Positions 31,610-45,198 of a stretch of 64,000 nucleotides of DNA are shown here, piece by piece. The first letter of the stretch is position 1. The number at the start of each line of letters is the position of its first letter. The position numbers and the translations under genes were made by a program. The stretch spans positions 352,001 to 416,000 of the forward strand of contig CAVPZX010000003.1 of assembly GCA_963710375.1 (NCBI GenBank). The letters are read 5' to 3'. The DNA is from Nitrospirota bacterium (GTDB lineage Bacteria; Nitrospirota; Thermodesulfovibrionia; Thermodesulfovibrionales; Dissulfurispiraceae). The notes below the pieces were generated by a model. It saw nothing but the letters and a program-made list of their open reading frames with translations, did not search any database and was not told the DNA's origin.

Positions 31610-33343
31610 TTACTTCACCGCTTTAAGTTTTCTGGGCGCTTTCTTCTCCTGTTCCTCAAAGAGCATATTATCTATCGAGGCGCCTGCAGGGACCATCGGG
31701 TATACCTTCTCTTTCCAATCAACAACGAAGTCCATGAACACAGGCCTCTTGACTTTGAATGCCTCTTTGAGAACCGGCTCGACTTCACCGGGTTTGGTGG
31801 CCCGCAGCCCGACTGCTCCATATGCATGAGCAAGTTCAACGAAATCCGGAGTGACGTCAAGATTGGTGTGTGAGTAACGCTCCTGATAAAAGAGTTCCTG
31901 CCACTGCCTCACCATTCCGAGGTAGCGGTTTTTCAGTATGGCAACCTTTACCGGCAGTTTATAAATGACCGCAGTAGCCAATTCCTGTATATTCATCTGT
32001 ATGCTCCCGTCACCGGCGATATCAATAACAAGTTTGTCTGGAAAGGCAAGTTGGGCGCCGATGGCGGCAGGTAATCCAAAGCCCATGGTGCCGAGTCCGC
32101 CCGAGGTCAGCAAGCGCCTGGGTTTATCGAACTTGTAAAATTGGGCTGTCCACATCTGGTTTTGTCCGACCTCAGTAGTGATAATTGCATCGCCTTTTGT
32201 AAGCTCATATATCTTCTCTACAACATATTGTGGTTTGATGACATCTTTAACGAAGTGATAGGAAAGCGGCCTTTCCTTTTTCCAGACAGCTATCTGCTTC
32301 GCCCAGGCTTTTCTGATTTCATCCCAGGGCTCCTTGATATCCTTCTTGAGCACCTTGTTCAAAACGGTCAGCACATTTTTGACATCTCCGACAATGGGGA
32401 TATCGACCCTTACATTTTTTCTGATGGAAGTTGGATCTATATCGATGTGTATTATCCTGGCATGAGGGGCAAAGTTGTCGATCTTTCCTGTCACGCGGTC
32501 ATCGAATCTCATGCCTATGGCTATCAGCAGGTCGGATTCCTGAACAGTCATATTCGCATAATACGTGCCGTGCATGCCCAGCATGCCCAGGGAAAGCTCA
32601 TGCGTGCCTGGAAAACCGCCCAGACCCATAAGAGTCATGGTGACCGGAATATTGGTATATTCTGCAAGCTCCCGCAACTCGTGCGAGGCTTCGGAGATAA
32701 TACAGCCGCCGCCGGCGATGATAACCGGTTTCTTTGCTCTGGCTATTTCATGCGCCGCCTTCGCTATCATCCACTGGTTGCCCTCATAAGTCGGATTATA
32801 ACTCCGCACGTCTACCTTCTCGGGCCAAATAAATTCCGTTTTATTAGACGTTACATCTTTGGGGAGGTCTATCAGCACAGGGCCGGGACGTCCGGTTGTT
32901 GCTATGTGGAACAACTCTTTTAATTGTGATGCCAGCTCCTTAACATCCTTTGCAAGGATATTGTATTTTGTGCAAGGCCTGGTTATCCCGATTATATCCG
33001 CCTCCTGAAAGGCGTCGTTTCCTATCAGGAGAGTAGGCACTTGACCTGTGAGAACAACAACAGGTATAGAGTCCATGGAGGCGTTAGCAATGCCGGTGAC
33101 GGTGTTGGTGGCTCCTGGTCCTGAAGTTACCAGCACGACTCCGGGCTTTCCTGTTGCGCGTGCATATCCGTCAGCAGCATGGACCGCTCCCTGCTCATGC
33201 CGTGTCAGTATAAGCTTTAAATCCTTGTCATCGTGGAGCAGGTCAAAGATATTTAGGATAACACCTCCCGGGTAGCCAAAAATATGTTTGACGCCAAGTT
33301 TCTTAAGGGACTCAAGTATTATTTCAGCACCTGACAATTTCAT
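31610..33343 (-). CDS. ilvB: Acetolactate synthase large subunit
   Basis: [30 protein letters not shown]. Confidence 0.97.
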   Translation of the reverse strand: MKLSGAEIILESLKKLGVKHIFGYPGGVILNIFDLLHDDKDLKLILTRHEQGAVHAADGYARATGKPGVVLVTSGPGATNTVTGIANASMDSIPVVVLTGQVPTLLIGNDAFQEADIIGITRPCTKYNILAKDVKELASQLKELFHIATTGRPGPVLIDLPKDVTSNKTEFIWPEKVDVRSYNPTYEGNQWMIAKAAHEIARAKKPVIIAGGGCIISEASHELRELAEYTNIPVTMTLMGLGGFPGTHELSLGMLGMHGTYYANMTVQESDLLIAIGMRFDDRVTGKIDNFAPHARIIHIDIDPTSIRKNVRVDIPIVGDVKNVLTVLNKVLKKDIKEPWDEIRKAWAKQIAVWKKERPLSYHFVKDVIKPQYVVEKIYELTKGDAIITTEVGQNQMWTAQFYKFDKPRRLLTSGGLGTMGFGLPAAIGAQLAFPDKLVIDIAGDGSIQMNIQELATAVIYKLPVKVAILKNRYLGMVRQWQELFYQERYSHTNLDVTPDFVELAHAYGAVGLRATKPGEVEPVLKEAFKVKRPVFMDFVVDWKEKVYPMVPAGASIDNMLFEEQEKKAPRKLKAVK

Positions 33344-33480
33344 TTTATTGCTCCTTGCGTTTTAGACTGCTTGCTGTAACTGAAGATATAAAATAGCATA
33401 ATTCCCCAGGCTTTTCCATATTTTAATTATGACATACTCTACCATGACTTTGACAAAACATACCGATTGTGGTTAAATAA

Positions 33481-34125
<645 letters not shown>

Positions 34126-34128
34126 AGT

Positions 34129-35042
34129 ATGACCAAGGACCTGGTCGGAATAAAGGAGATGTCAAAGGAAGACATCGAGCAGGTGCTGCTCACGGCATCG
34201 TCATTCAAAGATGTTTTGAAAAGGGACATCAAGAAAGTGCCTGCCCTCCGTGGAAAAACCGTTGTCAATCTTTTTTTTGAGCCCTCTACAAGAACTAAAA
34301 CCTCTTTTGAACTGGCTGAAAAAAGGCTGAGCACCGACGTGCTCAATTTTTCAGTGCCTACGAGCAGCGTTGTTAAGGGCGAGACGCTTTACGACACAGT
34401 AAAGACTATCGAGGCCTATGGTGTGGATTTCATCGTTATCAGGCATGCTTCAAGCGGTGCCCCGCATTTTATTGCCCGCAACGTCAGCGCATCGGTGATA
34501 AATGCAGGGGATGGTATTAATGAACACCCGACCCAGGCATTGCTCGATGCCTTCAGCATAATAGAAAAGAGGGGAACTCTTGACGGTCTTAAAATCGCTA
34601 TCATCGGAGATATATTTCACAGCAGGGTGGCGAAATCGAACATCTACCTTCTTTCAAAATTCAATACTTCCATCAGGTTGATAGGTCCTCCTACGCTCAT
34701 TCCCGATGTGGGGGATTACGGCGTGGAGGTTTTTTTTGACATGGACAAAGGGCTTAAAGATATCGACGTCGTCATGATGCTGAGAATACAGACGGAAAGG
34801 CAGGGTAAAGGTTTTTTTCCGTCCACCAGAGAGTATTCCAAATATTGGGGAATGGACATGAAGCGGCTTAACCTTACCGGAAAAAATACTATAGTCATGC
34901 ATCCGGGACCGATGAACAGAGGTATTGAGATAGCTTCCGACGTTGCCGACACTCCCGGTCAGTCGTCCTGGACCAGGTGACCAATGGCATTGCGGTCAGA
35001 ATGGCGGTGATGTACCTGTTGGCGGGAGATGGAAAAAATTAA
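34129..35042 (+). CDS. pyrB: Aspartate carbamoyltransferase catalytic subunit with an apparent 1-bp deletion near 34955 (about 304 aa when restored)
   Basis: [17 protein letters not shown]; the conserved tail [21 protein letters not shown] continues in another frame to TAA 35040-35042. Confidence 0.92.
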
Positions 35043-35224
35043 GGGCTTGCGAATAAATAACTTGGGCATTCAGGCGCTCAGATTTGGGTCAGATTTGGCT
35101 GATCCGATTGAGCAAAACCGCAGGCGTAGCACAGCTACGTCGAGGATTTTTCGATTGAGGATCGGACAAAGATGAACCGTAAAGCTGAGATGCATCAAGG
35201 TGCAAGTCATTTATTCGCAAGCCC
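35043..35224 (+). mobile_element. MITE full copy 2 (182 bp) inserted into the original 5' end of pyrC
   Basis: TIR GGGCTTGCGAATAAAT / ATTTATTCGCAAGCCC with a perfect TAA target duplication. Confidence 0.93.
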
Positions 35225-36524
35225 TAATAATCTGCTTATAAAAGACGGCCACATCATCGACCCCTCACAAGGGATCAATGGTATAGGTGATGTCCTAATT
35301 AATGGAGGCACTATAGCAGCAATTAACCTCAAGAACGGAAAACATAATGCCGCTTCCGGACTTAAAGGACTCCCGAACCTGCAGACTATAGATGCGGCCG
35401 GACTATATGTGTTTCCCGGTCTTGTTGACATGCATACCCATCTGCGGGAGCCTGGTGGTGAGCATAAAGAGACCATCAGGACCGGTACTATGGCGGCTGT
35501 CAGGGGCGGCTTTACTTCAGTTTGCTCCATGCCGAATACAAACCCGGTTAATGACAACCCTACAGTCACCGTCTTTATCATTAAAAAGGCAATGAAAGAG
35601 GGATTTTGTTCCGTTTATCCCATAGGAGCCATCACGAAAGGACAAAAGGGTGAGGAGCTTGCTGAGATGGGCCTTATGTATGATGCCGGATGCAGGGCAT
35701 TTTCCGATGACGGCAGGCCAGTCATGAGCAGTATTGTAATGCGTAGGGCACTTGAATACTCCAGGACATTCAATGTACCGATCATCTCTCACTGCGAGGA
35801 CCTTACCCTTGCCGACAATGGCGTGATGAACGAGGGTATTCTTTCTACAACCCTCGGACTGAATGGAGTTCCTTCAGCCGCAGAAGAAGTAATGGTTGCT
35901 AGGGATATTATCCTTTCAGAATTAACGGGAGGACGGCTGCACATTGCACATATTTCGACAGAGGGTTCCGTTAGACTTATACGGCAGGCAAAACAGCACG
36001 GAATACAAGTCACTGCAGAAACATGCCCGCACTACTTTAGTATAACCGAAGACGCGGTCAAGGGATATAATACAAATGCGAAGGTAAACCCTCCTTTGCG
36101 GGCTGAGAAAGACATCGAGGCAATAAAGGGGGGACTACAAGACGGGACGATTGATGTGATTGCTACTGATCATGCGCCCCACCACCGTGATGAAAAGCTT
36201 CAGGAATTTGACAAGGCGCCATCAGGCATCTCAGGCCTGGAAAGCGCCCTAAGCCTGGGACTGAGACTGGTCGAAGACGGCGTTTTAACTCTCGCTGCCC
36301 TTGCGGAAAAAATGGCGTTTAATCCTGCACGAATTATCGGCATTGACAAGGGCACACTTAGGCCGGGTTCGGATGCTGATGTCACAATAATAGATTGCAA
36401 GAAAGAAGTGATTATATACGCAGATGCTTTTGCATCAATGGGAAAGAATACACCTTTCGATAATTGGCAGATGAAGGGGATGCCTGTAATTACAATAGTT
36501 AGAGGAAGTGTCTACAAATTCTAA
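35172..36524 (+). CDS. pyrC: Dihydroorotase; first 18 codons are MITE-derived
   Basis: [24 protein letters not shown]. Confidence 0.95.
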   Translation: MNRKAEMHQGASHLFASPNNLLIKDGHIIDPSQGINGIGDVLINGGTIAAINLKNGKHNAASGLKGLPNLQTIDAAGLYVFPGLVDMHTHLREPGGEHKETIRTGTMAAVRGGFTSVCSMPNTNPVNDNPTVTVFIIKKAMKEGFCSVYPIGAITKGQKGEELAEMGLMYDAGCRAFSDDGRPVMSSIVMRRALEYSRTFNVPIISHCEDLTLADNGVMNEGILSTTLGLNGVPSAAEEVMVARDIILSELTGGRLHIAHISTEGSVRLIRQAKQHGIQVTAETCPHYFSITEDAVKGYNTNAKVNPPLRAEKDIEAIKGGLQDGTIDVIATDHAPHHRDEKLQEFDKAPSGISGLESALSLGLRLVEDGVLTLAALAEKMAFNPARIIGIDKGTLRPGSDADVTIIDCKKEVIIYADAFASMGKNTPFDNWQMKGMPVITIVRGSVYKF

Positions 36525-36537
36525 ATTTGGAGATTTT

Positions 36538-37656
36538 ATGAATAAGGCATTGCTCGTATTGGCAGATGGGACGGTTTTTGAAGGCAAAGGGTTCGGAGCA
36601 CCGGGCGAGACCATCGGTGAAGTCGTTTTCAATACGTCCATGACCGGCTACCAGGAAATTCTCACAGACGCGTCCTATAAAGGGCAGATCGTTACCATGA
36701 CGTACAGCCAGATGGGCAATTACGGGATAAACAAAGAGGATGTGGAATCGGCAGGGGGACCGAAAGTGGAGGGCTTTATCGTAAAGGAATACCTCGACTT
36801 CCCTAGCAACTGGCGCTCCGAACTTTCGCTGGGTCGCTATCTTCAGGACAACAATATCACCTGCATTGAAGGCATCGATACAAGGGCACTTACGCGTCAT
36901 TTGAGAAATCACGGTGCGCAAATGGGAATAATTTCGACTCTCGATATCGATCCGGACAGCCTGCACGGAAAAGTGAAGGCGCACCCTGGAATATCTGTAT
37001 TTGATTATGTTTCGGATGTTACAGCAAAAGTCCCGTATACCTGGACTGCAGGGTGCTGGAAGTGGCGCACTGCCGAAAAACAGTCACCCCCCTCATTAAA
37101 AGCGGTAGTTTATGATTTCGGCATTAAATTTAATATCTTAAGGAATCTTGTTGATGCGGGTTTTAAGGTTGCGGTGGTGCCTGCCCGTACACCTGCAGAA
37201 GCAGTTCTCGAAATGGCCCCTGACGGTATTATACTCAGCAACGGCCCGGGAGATCCCGAAACCGTTACATATGCTATCGAAAATGTGAGAAAATTGATGG
37301 GGGAAAAGCCCATATTCGGCATCTGCCTGGGCCACCAGATACTCGGCCTGGCAATGGGCGGCACGACATACAAACTCAAGTTCGGCCACCATGGAGGCAA
37401 CCATCCTGTAAAAGATCTTGAGACTGGAAGGGTCGAAATAACATCTCAGAACCACAACTATTGCGTTGATATCCATAGCCTGCGCGGCAAGACAAGACTC
37501 ACCCACAGGAATCTCTACGACGGGACGGAAGAAGGCATGCGTCATGTTGAACTGCCCATTATCTCTGTCCAGCACCATCCTGAGGCAGGTCCTGGACCGA
37601 ATGATTCCGCTCATCTGTTCAAGAGATTCAGGGAAATGGTAATAGGTGATAGGTAA
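36538..37656 (+). CDS. carA: Carbamoyl-phosphate synthase small subunit
   Basis: [31 protein letters not shown]; start placed at MNKA. Confidence 0.97.
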   Translation: MNKALLVLADGTVFEGKGFGAPGETIGEVVFNTSMTGYQEILTDASYKGQIVTMTYSQMGNYGINKEDVESAGGPKVEGFIVKEYLDFPSNWRSELSLGRYLQDNNITCIEGIDTRALTRHLRNHGAQMGIISTLDIDPDSLHGKVKAHPGISVFDYVSDVTAKVPYTWTAGCWKWRTAEKQSPPSLKAVVYDFGIKFNILRNLVDAGFKVAVVPARTPAEAVLEMAPDGIILSNGPGDPETVTYAIENVRKLMGEKPIFGICLGHQILGLAMGGTTYKLKFGHHGGNHPVKDLETGRVEITSQNHNYCVDIHSLRGKTRLTHRNLYDGTEEGMRHVELPIISVQHHPEAGPGPNDSAHLFKRFREMVIGDR

Positions 37657-37729
37657 AAGATTGAAGATGAGAAGCTGTGAAGTTGAGCGTAAAACAGATT
37701 CTCATCTTCGAGGATTTCGTCTATAAGCT

Positions 37730-38329
37730 ATGACATATGCATTTGATATAAACGATAAGGTGCTTGCCTTCAGGACTGCGTCGTTCAGAGCGGAAAAAGG
37801 CAGTATGCTGCACAGCGGTATTTATAACCGTGAGACGGCTTCCACCTTTGCCGCCGGAGCATGCATAATGCTGCTGGGATTTTTTTTTGCTTCCAGGCCG
37901 CCCCTGTCCACTATTTCCTTTATAGCTGTATTGCCGCTGTTTCTGCTGCTTTTTCTTTTTTTTAGGACCTTTGTTTTCATTGAAACGTTTTTGCAGGTTG
38001 TCATAGACAAAGAAAATAATGTTATTGCCATTATGCGCAAGGGGTTTCTCCGAAAAGGAAAACAGTTATTTCCCATTACTGAGCTTGATGGAATAAGGGA
38101 AGATTATAAAGCAGTTGCTCCGGAAAATCCCGATGGAACAAAAATTGTCGAGAAGATAGCGCTCCAGCATGGCGCTGTTATTCCCGGTTTCGGTGCCGCC
38201 GTAGAATTTTACACTGTTGAATTTGAATTCAAAGATGCGGGAAGAATAATGGTTTTCTCTTCCGGAGACTATTCCGAAGCCGATAATGTAGCAAGAACTT
38301 TTAAAAATTTTATTTTTATAGAGAGGTAA
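37730..38329 (+). CDS. Hypothetical membrane protein between carA and carB
   Basis: Two hydrophobic segments; co-oriented and tightly spaced with carB. Confidence 0.75.
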   Translation: MTYAFDINDKVLAFRTASFRAEKGSMLHSGIYNRETASTFAAGACIMLLGFFFASRPPLSTISFIAVLPLFLLLFLFFRTFVFIETFLQVVIDKENNVIAIMRKGFLRKGKQLFPITELDGIREDYKAVAPENPDGTKIVEKIALQHGAVIPGFGAAVEFYTVEFEFKDAGRIMVFSSGDYSEADNVARTFKNFIFIER

Positions 38330-38331
38330 TA

Positions 38332-41300
38332 ATGCCCAAGCGGACGGATATCAGGAAGATACTTTTGATCGGATCAGGTCCTATTGTGATTGGCCAGGCA
38401 TGTGAGTTCGATTATTCGGGGACGCAGGCATGCAAGGCCCTTCGTGAAGAGGGATACACGGTGGTACTGGTTAATTCCAACCCTGCAACGATAATGACCG
38501 ACCCCGAGACAGCTGACGCTATTTATATTGAACCCCTCTCGGTTGAGTTTGTTGAGCTGATCATCAAAAAAGAGAGACCCGATGCAATATTGCCGACCAT
38601 GGGCGGGCAGACTGCCCTCAATCTTGCAGTGGAACTTTCTGATTCAGGTGTGCTGGACCGCTACAATGTGGAACTGATAGGCGCCAAACTGCATGCAATC
38701 AAGAAAGCTGAAGACAGGGAATTGTTTAAGAAGGCGATGCGGAACATCGGGTTGGAAGTCCCTAAGAGTGCAGCAATAACAACCATCCAGGACGGGCTTG
38801 ATATTATAGAGCATCTTGGTTTCCCGGTCATCCTCAGGCCGGCATTTACACTCGGAGGTACTGGAGGAGGGATCGCATATAACATTGAAGAATATCGTGA
38901 ACTCCTTGAGAGGGGGCTGAAGCTCAGCCCGGTCAGCCAGGTGCTTGTCGAGGAGTCTGTGATCGGGTGGAAGGAGTATGAACTTGAAGTGATGCGGGAC
39001 AAGAAAGACAACGTCGTCATCGTCTGCTCCATCGAAAACTTCGATCCTATGGGTGTTCATACCGGCGACTCAATTACAGTGGCGCCTGCACAGACACTCT
39101 CTGATAAGGAATACCAGAGAATGAGAGACGCCGCTATAGCGGTGATACGGGAAATCGGCGTCGATACAGGCGGATCAAACATTCAATTTGCTCTGGACCC
39201 ACGGAACGGGAGGATGGTGCTTGTAGAGATGAACCCGAGGGTATCGAGGAGTTCAGCGCTTGCCAGTAAGGCAACAGGTTTCCCTATTGCAAAAATTGCA
39301 GCCAAGCTTGCGGTCGGATACTCCCTTGATGAGATAAAAAATGACATTACACGGGAAACCCCTGCGTCCTTTGAACCTGCCATCGATTATGTTGTGACAA
39401 AAATTCCGCGATTCACTTTTGAGAAGTTTCCCGATGCGGATGCAACTCTCACCACTCAAATGAAATCGGTCGGTGAGGTAATGTCTATTGGCAGAACTTT
39501 CAAGGAATCTCTGCAAAAAGCACTCAGAAGTCTCGAAATAGATTGCTCAGGTTTTGAGCCGAGGGACGACAATTCAGTCGAAGAGATAAGAGCAAAACTA
39601 AAAACTCCCAATGCCGAGAGGATATGGTACATATCGCAGGCACTCAGACAGGGCATTTCCATCGAAGAGGTTTACGCGCTTACCGGGGTGGATCCCTGGT
39701 TTTTGAACAATATAATGCAGATTATTGAGATGGAAGAGAGGATCGACTCAGAAGCTCGAAAACCGTTGAGCCCGGAAGAGAAATATGCTGTCCTGAGACA
39801 GGCAAAGGAGTTTGGTTTTTCTGATAAACGTATTGCTGCATTGACAGGTGATACCGAAAAAAACATCAGGGACTTCAGGAGAAAGAACGGGCTAAAGCCG
39901 GTCTATAAGCTTGTTGACACCTGTGCAGCAGAGTTTGAGGCCTATACTCCGTACCTGTATTCGACCTATGAGAAACCGTTTTATAGGATCGGGTGTTCCG
40001 GAGTTGTCGAATGCGAAGCAAACCCGACCGACAGAAAAAAAGTCATTATTCTGGGTTCAGGGCCGAACAGGATAGGCCAGGGTATAGAGTTTGATTATTG
40101 TTGCGTCCATGCAGTATTTGCCCTCCGGGAACTGGGTTATGAGACTATCATGGTCAATTGCAATCCCGAAACGGTCAGTACCGATTACGATACTGCCGAC
40201 CGTCTTTACTTCGAACCGTTGACCATTGAGGATGTCCTTAATATCATAGAGATCGAGAAGCCAGAGGGTGTTATTGTTCAGTTCGGCGGACAGACACCGC
40301 TGAAACTTGCGGTGCCCCTTGACAATGAGGGAGTAAAGATACTGGGGACGTCTCCTTATTCCATTGACAGGGCCGAAGACAGGAGAAAGTTCAAGACACT
40401 GCTGCATAAACTGGAGCTTAAACAGGCTGAAAGCGATACTGCTATGTCTATTGACGAGGCTATTGCAGTGGCAGCCAAGATAGGATATCCGGTCATGGTG
40501 AGACCCTCATACGTGTTGGGCGGACGCGCAATGGAGATAGTTTATGACAAAGACTCTATGACTGACTATATGAGAAAGGCAGTTAAGGCGTCGCCGGAAC
40601 ACCCGATTCTGATAGACAAATACCTCGAAGATGCCATTGAAGTGGATGTGGATGCCATCGCAGACGGCTTCGACGTTGTTATTGGCGGTGTTATGGAGCA
40701 TATCGAGGAGGCTGGTATCCATTCCGGCGATTCCGCCTGTTCAATTCCTCCTTACTCATTGCCCCCGCTTATTGTCGGAGAGATCAGGAAACAGACAAAA
40801 GCACTGGCAAGGGAACTCGACGTAAAGGGGCTGATGAACGTACAGTTTGCGGTCAAGGATGGTGAAATATTTGTTCTGGAAGTCAACCCAAGGGGATCAC
40901 GAACAATCCCTTATGTGAGTAAGGCCACCGGAGTTCCTCTGGCAAAACTTGCTGCCAAAGTCATGCTCGGCAAAACCCTGAAGGAACTGGGCCTGACAAA
41001 AGAAAAAGAATTGACGTATGTTGCGGTGAAAGAGGCGGTCTTCCCTTTTGACCGCTTCCCCGGAGTTGATACCATACTGGGCCCCGAAATGAAATCGACC
41101 GGAGAAGTAATGGGCATTGATGAAGATTTCGGTCTGGCATATGCAAAGGCGCAGGCGGCAAGCTACAACAGGATCCCGACTTCGGGAAAGATTATTCTCA
41201 GTGTAAAAGATAAAGACAAACCCCATACGGTCGAGATCGCAAGAAAATTGGTCGATATGGGGTTCAGACTTATCGCCACCAGAGGGACCGCTCAGTTCCT

Positions 41301-41586
41301 CAAACAAAACGGCATAGAGACGGAAGTCATTAATAAAGTGACGGAAGGTCGCCCTCACATAGTGGACCTTATCAAGAACAGAGAGGTGAACTTTATAATA
41401 AATACGGTAACCGGAACGCAGGCGCAGAGGGATTCTCTTTCCATAAGAAGAAGTGCCCTGCAATTTAAGGTCCCATTAACGACAACCATATCAGGTGCAC
41501 GGGCGGTAGTAAAAGCGATTGAAATGCTTCAAAAGAAAGAAGTGAGCATCAAGTCGATTCAGGAATACCATAAAAGCGTGGCTTAG
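38332..41586 (+). CDS. carB: Carbamoyl-phosphate synthase large subunit
   Basis: [17 protein letters not shown], duplicated ATP-grasp domains, MGS domain. Confidence 0.98.
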   Translation: MPKRTDIRKILLIGSGPIVIGQACEFDYSGTQACKALREEGYTVVLVNSNPATIMTDPETADAIYIEPLSVEFVELIIKKERPDAILPTMGGQTALNLAVELSDSGVLDRYNVELIGAKLHAIKKAEDRELFKKAMRNIGLEVPKSAAITTIQDGLDIIEHLGFPVILRPAFTLGGTGGGIAYNIEEYRELLERGLKLSPVSQVLVEESVIGWKEYELEVMRDKKDNVVIVCSIENFDPMGVHTGDSITVAPAQTLSDKEYQRMRDAAIAVIREIGVDTGGSNIQFALDPRNGRMVLVEMNPRVSRSSALASKATGFPIAKIAAKLAVGYSLDEIKNDITRETPASFEPAIDYVVTKIPRFTFEKFPDADATLTTQMKSVGEVMSIGRTFKESLQKALRSLEIDCSGFEPRDDNSVEEIRAKLKTPNAERIWYISQALRQGISIEEVYALTGVDPWFLNNIMQIIEMEERIDSEARKPLSPEEKYAVLRQAKEFGFSDKRIAALTGDTEKNIRDFRRKNGLKPVYKLVDTCAAEFEAYTPYLYSTYEKPFYRIGCSGVVECEANPTDRKKVIILGSGPNRIGQGIEFDYCCVHAVFALRELGYETIMVNCNPETVSTDYDTADRLYFEPLTIEDVLNIIEIEKPEGVIVQFGGQTPLKLAVPLDNEGVKILGTSPYSIDRAEDRRKFKTLLHKLELKQAESDTAMSIDEAIAVAAKIGYPVMVRPSYVLGGRAMEIVYDKDSMTDYMRKAVKASPEHPILIDKYLEDAIEVDVDAIADGFDVVIGGVMEHIEEAGIHSGDSACSIPPYSLPPLIVGEIRKQTKALARELDVKGLMNVQFAVKDGEIFVLEVNPRGSRTIPYVSKATGVPLAKLAAKVMLGKTLKELGLTKEKELTYVAVKEAVFPFDRFPGVDTILGPEMKSTGEVMGIDEDFGLAYAKAQAASYNRIPTSGKIILSVKDKDKPHTVEIARKLVDMGFRLIATRGTAQFLKQNGIETEVINKVTEGRPHIVDLIKNREVNFIINTVTGTQAQRDSLSIRRSALQFKVPLTTTISGARAVVKAIEMLQKKEVSIKSIQEYHKSVA

Positions 41587-41671
41587 GACTCAGATGATTC
41601 AGATCAAAAACAAACTAACCAACTCCATGAATTTGACTTGCCTTTTCTTTTCTGATATTCTCATTTGGACA

Positions 41672-42451
41672 ATGAGAATATGGATTGTCTTTGTTATTTT
41701 GATTATACCCGTTACATCCGTATTTGCCTTTGACACAGAAGGGTTGCGGCCGCTCCCTCCTTACGGTGTGTTTTCCACATTCAGCGCAGAAAGCCTTCAA
41801 CAAAACAGTGTAGGGATAGACCTTAGTTTGGAAAAATCTTCACGGCCGAATTTTTATCGCTCAACGCTCCAGCTCGCCTATGGACTCCATGACCGGTTTG
41901 AAATAGATGTGACGCTTCCCTATGACGACAATACTCAAAGACAAATTAGCGGATTGGAAGACGCTAACTTCGGGATAAAACACAGGGTTCTGGATGAGGG
42001 GAAGTATTACCCGGCAATTGCTTATATGCTCACGGTTGCCACACCCTCCGGCGCTAAGCAGTATACTACCAACGGGGAGGATGGGGCTGGGTTGGTGTTT
42101 ACCAAGAAGATAGGTCCTTTCAAAGAGCATCTGAATATATTGTATGAGAGACCCGGGAACTCCGCCTTGCACTACCAATATAATTTAAACTGGGGAAGCG
42201 AGCTGGCAATTACCCATGATTCGAATATCCTTGCCGAACTGGTGGGAAGAAAAGATTACTTTCAAAATAAAATTGATCTCCTGGAATGGAGAGTGGGATA
42301 CAGGATTGCCACTCTTGAGAACCTCTATACGACACTGGGTGCGGGTTTTAACATAGAAAGACGCACCCCCGATTACCGCCTGTTGTTTTCAATAAGCCTT
42401 ATTTTGCCTCAACATAAGAAAAAACTTGAAAAAATCTATGAAGAGCAATAA
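41672..42451 (+). CDS. Putative outer-membrane beta-barrel / transporter-like protein
   Basis: Signal peptide MRIWIVF..VFA, amphipathic strands. Confidence 0.6.
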   Translation: MRIWIVFVILIIPVTSVFAFDTEGLRPLPPYGVFSTFSAESLQQNSVGIDLSLEKSSRPNFYRSTLQLAYGLHDRFEIDVTLPYDDNTQRQISGLEDANFGIKHRVLDEGKYYPAIAYMLTVATPSGAKQYTTNGEDGAGLVFTKKIGPFKEHLNILYERPGNSALHYQYNLNWGSELAITHDSNILAELVGRKDYFQNKIDLLEWRVGYRIATLENLYTTLGAGFNIERRTPDYRLLFSISLILPQHKKKLEKIYEEQ

Positions 42452-42454
42452 TAA

Positions 42455-42479
42455 GGGTCTGTTATTTATTCGCGGACCC
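42455..42479. mobile_element. Internally collapsed MITE remnant (25 bp)
   Basis: TAA-GGGTCTG joined directly to TTATTTATTCGCGGACCC. Confidence 0.65.
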
Positions 42480-42502
42480 TGGTATGTGGTATACTACGTA
42501 TC

Positions 42503-42814
42503 ATGTTTAATTTGACATTACCCGAGCTTGTCGTAATTTTTGTAGTAGCACTGATAGTCTTTGGCCCGAATAAGCTTCCTGAGATCGGCAGGGCACTCGG
42601 TAAAGGAATAGGTGAACTTAAAAGGGCGCTTGATGGAGTCAAAGAGCAGGTGGATTCGGAAATTCACAACATAAACCAGCCGGATTCTGGAGAGAGACAA
42701 TCCCAGGGAGGCAATGCCGATCAAACGCTTGAGCATAAATCCACTGAAAAAATTGATGCTCCTGATTCAAATACCGCCGAACAGCACGATACTTCAACTA
42801 AAGATCATGCCTGA
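42503..42814 (+). CDS. Twin-arginine translocase TatA/TatB subunit
   Basis: ELVVIFVVALIVFGPNKLPEIGRALGK. Confidence 0.93.
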   Translation: MFNLTLPELVVIFVVALIVFGPNKLPEIGRALGKGIGELKRALDGVKEQVDSEIHNINQPDSGERQSQGGNADQTLEHKSTEKIDAPDSNTAEQHDTSTKDHA

Positions 42815-42838
42815 TTTATCATAGCCGGGAGAATCTGG

Positions 42839-43627
42839 ATGGCAAACTATACGATGCCACTTACGGCCCACCTTGGCGAACTCAGGAAACGCATTATCAT
42901 ATCACTTATTGCAGTGACTGTGACCTTCGTTATTGCCTTTAATTATTCCGAGGATATTTTCCGGTTTATAATGTTTCCCCTCAAATACAGCCTGGATTTT
43001 TCCGTAAAGAAATTGTTTTTCCACTTTGTGCCCCAGGATAAACTTCATAATACAAAACTGGTGTTCCTCGCACCGGCCGAGGCTTTCTGGATGAACCTGA
43101 AAGTCGCTTTTGTAGCAGGGTTTATGTTGGCCTTGCCGGTAATTTTTCACCAGCTTTGGCTATTTATATCTCCCGGACTTCTTTCAAAAGAAAAAAAATA
43201 TGTTCTCCCATTTATTTTGATTGCCACAGTCCTTTTCATTGCAGGGGCGTCCTTCTGTTTCTTTATAGTAATGCCTTTTGCGATGGGTTTTCTTCTTACG
43301 TATAAAGTGGGGGATTTTCTTATGCCCATGCTTTCTGTGGGGCAGTACGTGGATTTCTGCCTTAAGTTCATTCTCGCTTTCGGCGTCATATTCGAACTTC
43401 CAATCGCCATAATTTTCCTTACAAAAATGGGCATCGTCACTCCTAAGGGACTTGCTAGAAACAGGAAGTATGCTGTTTTGTTGGCTTTTATTGCCGGCGC
43501 AATCCTTACGCCGACGCCTGATGCTTTTAACCAGACACTTATGGCTGTCCCTATAATTTTGCTTTATGAAGTGGGTATCTGGATATCGCCGCTCTTTGTT
43601 AAAAAGAACGGAACTGCCGAAACTTAA
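42839..43627 (+). CDS. tatC: Twin-arginine translocase TatC
   Basis: HLGELRKR, SPGL..EK, FELP, TPTPD. Confidence 0.96.
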   Translation: MANYTMPLTAHLGELRKRIIISLIAVTVTFVIAFNYSEDIFRFIMFPLKYSLDFSVKKLFFHFVPQDKLHNTKLVFLAPAEAFWMNLKVAFVAGFMLALPVIFHQLWLFISPGLLSKEKKYVLPFILIATVLFIAGASFCFFIVMPFAMGFLLTYKVGDFLMPMLSVGQYVDFCLKFILAFGVIFELPIAIIFLTKMGIVTPKGLARNRKYAVLLAFIAGAILTPTPDAFNQTLMAVPIILLYEVGIWISPLFVKKNGTAET

Positions 43628-43652
43628 GCCTAATTATTGAAGAGCCAGAGAC

Positions 43653-43931
43653 ATGGCAGATCATGGTACAAAAAATTTCAAGGCGATCGCGACGGATATT
43701 GCAGAAGGATATGTATCGTTAAACCCGCTTTATTTAAAGCCGTTCAATGAGGTGTCCCTAAAATCTCTCTACTCGATAGTTATGAAAGTGCAAGCCGGAA
43801 TCCGCGACGAGCCTTTCCCTTATCGCGAAATTGAGCTCATAAGAAAACGGAACCTGAAGCTCCAGAGACTCTATACAGCACTTATCGTCATAAAAAATAC
43901 GGCTCGTGAGAGAAAATACAAGTTTTTATAA
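43653..43931 (+). CDS. Hypothetical protein
   Basis: Co-oriented ORF with a plausible start. Confidence 0.65.
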   Translation: MADHGTKNFKAIATDIAEGYVSLNPLYLKPFNEVSLKSLYSIVMKVQAGIRDEPFPYREIELIRKRNLKLQRLYTALIVIKNTARERKYKFL

Positions 43932-44002
43932 CACAGGTCATAGTTGATTATCTTCATAACACTGTGGTAAAAATTGAAGTAGGAGAATAAGATAACTAAG
44001 AA

Positions 44003-44344
44003 ATGGCAATCATTCCTACAAACAAGTTAACGCCCGGCATGGTTTTAAAGAGTGCTGTTTATGACATAACTGGCCGGCTGCTGTTAGGCGAAGGGGCAGA
44101 AATATGTTGGAAACACATAACCATCTTTAAAACTTGGGGTATTACTGAAGTTGAAATAGAGGGAGATGTCGATGGCGATGCTGTTGAAGACGCCGTGATT
44201 CAGGCTGACGAGGAAACTCTTTACATGGTAAGGAAAGAGCTGGAGGAACTATTCTCCTTTACCGACTTAAACAATTCACCGGTTACTAAAGAGATATTTC
44301 GTCTGAGTGTAAAATATAAAATAGACAGACTACATGGTGTCTGA
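44003..44344 (+). CDS. Small protein resembling the N-terminal segment of HD-GYP proteins
   Basis: LTPGMVL..VYDITGRLLL pattern; stop overlaps the HDOD start. Confidence 0.7.
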   Translation: MAIIPTNKLTPGMVLKSAVYDITGRLLLGEGAEICWKHITIFKTWGITEVEIEGDVDGDAVEDAVIQADEETLYMVRKELEELFSFTDLNNSPVTKEIFRLSVKYKIDRLHGV

Positions 44345-45198
44345 TGTCAATCCAATTAGACTCTCTTATAAGAGACAACATAAAGATATTCTCACCTCCG
44401 GAAGTATTTCTCCGCCTTAACAATGTGGTAAATAACCTGCGCAGTTCAGTAACTGACATAGGCAATATAATAAGCGAGGACCAGGGACTTACCGCGCGTA
44501 TTCTCAAAATCGCAAACAGCACTTTATACGGCTTTCCTTCAAAGATCGAAACCATATCTCAAGCTGTATTAATCATTGGCGCGAAGCAAATAAGAGACCT
44601 TACGCTTGCGACTTCAGTAGTACGGATTTTTAAAGGGATACCTGAAGACCTTATAAACATGGAGACCTTCTGGCGACATTCAATAGCCTGCGGTGTAATT
44701 GCCAGAATCATAGCCGGATACAGAAGAGAGCCGAATGTGGAGACTTTTTTTACAGGTGGAATACTGCATGACATAGGACGTCTCATCATGTACACAAAGA
44801 TGCCTGATGAATGCCGGAAAATACTGTCCCAGGTAGGAAAACAGCCTCAATTACTCTTTAATGCAGAAAGGGAGTCACTTGGATACGATCATACTGATGT
44901 CGGAGGCCTCCTTCTAAAGGAGTGGAAACTCCCGCAAACACTTACCGAAGCAATAGCATACCACCATAATCCGTACAAAGCGTCGCAGTATCCGGTTGAA
45001 GCTGCTGCCACCCATATTGCCGATATACTGGCTCACGCCATGCAACTCGGAAGTAGCGGAGAGAAATATGTTCCTCACATTTCTGAGGAAGCATGGGCAA
45101 AACTGTCATTTCAGACCTCAATGTTGCCGTTTCTGTTTAAACAAACGACACAGCATGTAGACATTGCAATGCAGATTATCCTGCCATCTGAGAAATGA
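44344..45198 (+). CDS. HDOD domain protein
   Basis: LTARILKIANS, FWRHS, LHDIGRL, DHTDVG, AIAYHH. Confidence 0.92.
   Translation: MSIQLDSLIRDNIKIFSPPEVFLRLNNVVNNLRSSVTDIGNIISEDQGLTARILKIANSTLYGFPSKIETISQAVLIIGAKQIRDLTLATSVVRIFKGIPEDLINMETFWRHSIACGVIARIIAGYRREPNVETFFTGGILHDIGRLIMYTKMPDECRKILSQVGKQPQLLFNAERESLGYDHTDVGGLLLKEWKLPQTLTEAIAYHHNPYKASQYPVEAAATHIADILAHAMQLGSSGEKYVPHISEEAWAKLSFQTSMLPFLFKQTTQHVDIAMQIILPSEK

Noticed and set aside
34945..34985. pyrB truncation as a pseudogene or programmed frameshift
   Set aside because: One missing base in a C run restores a normal C-terminus in an otherwise intact operon; most likely a sequencing error
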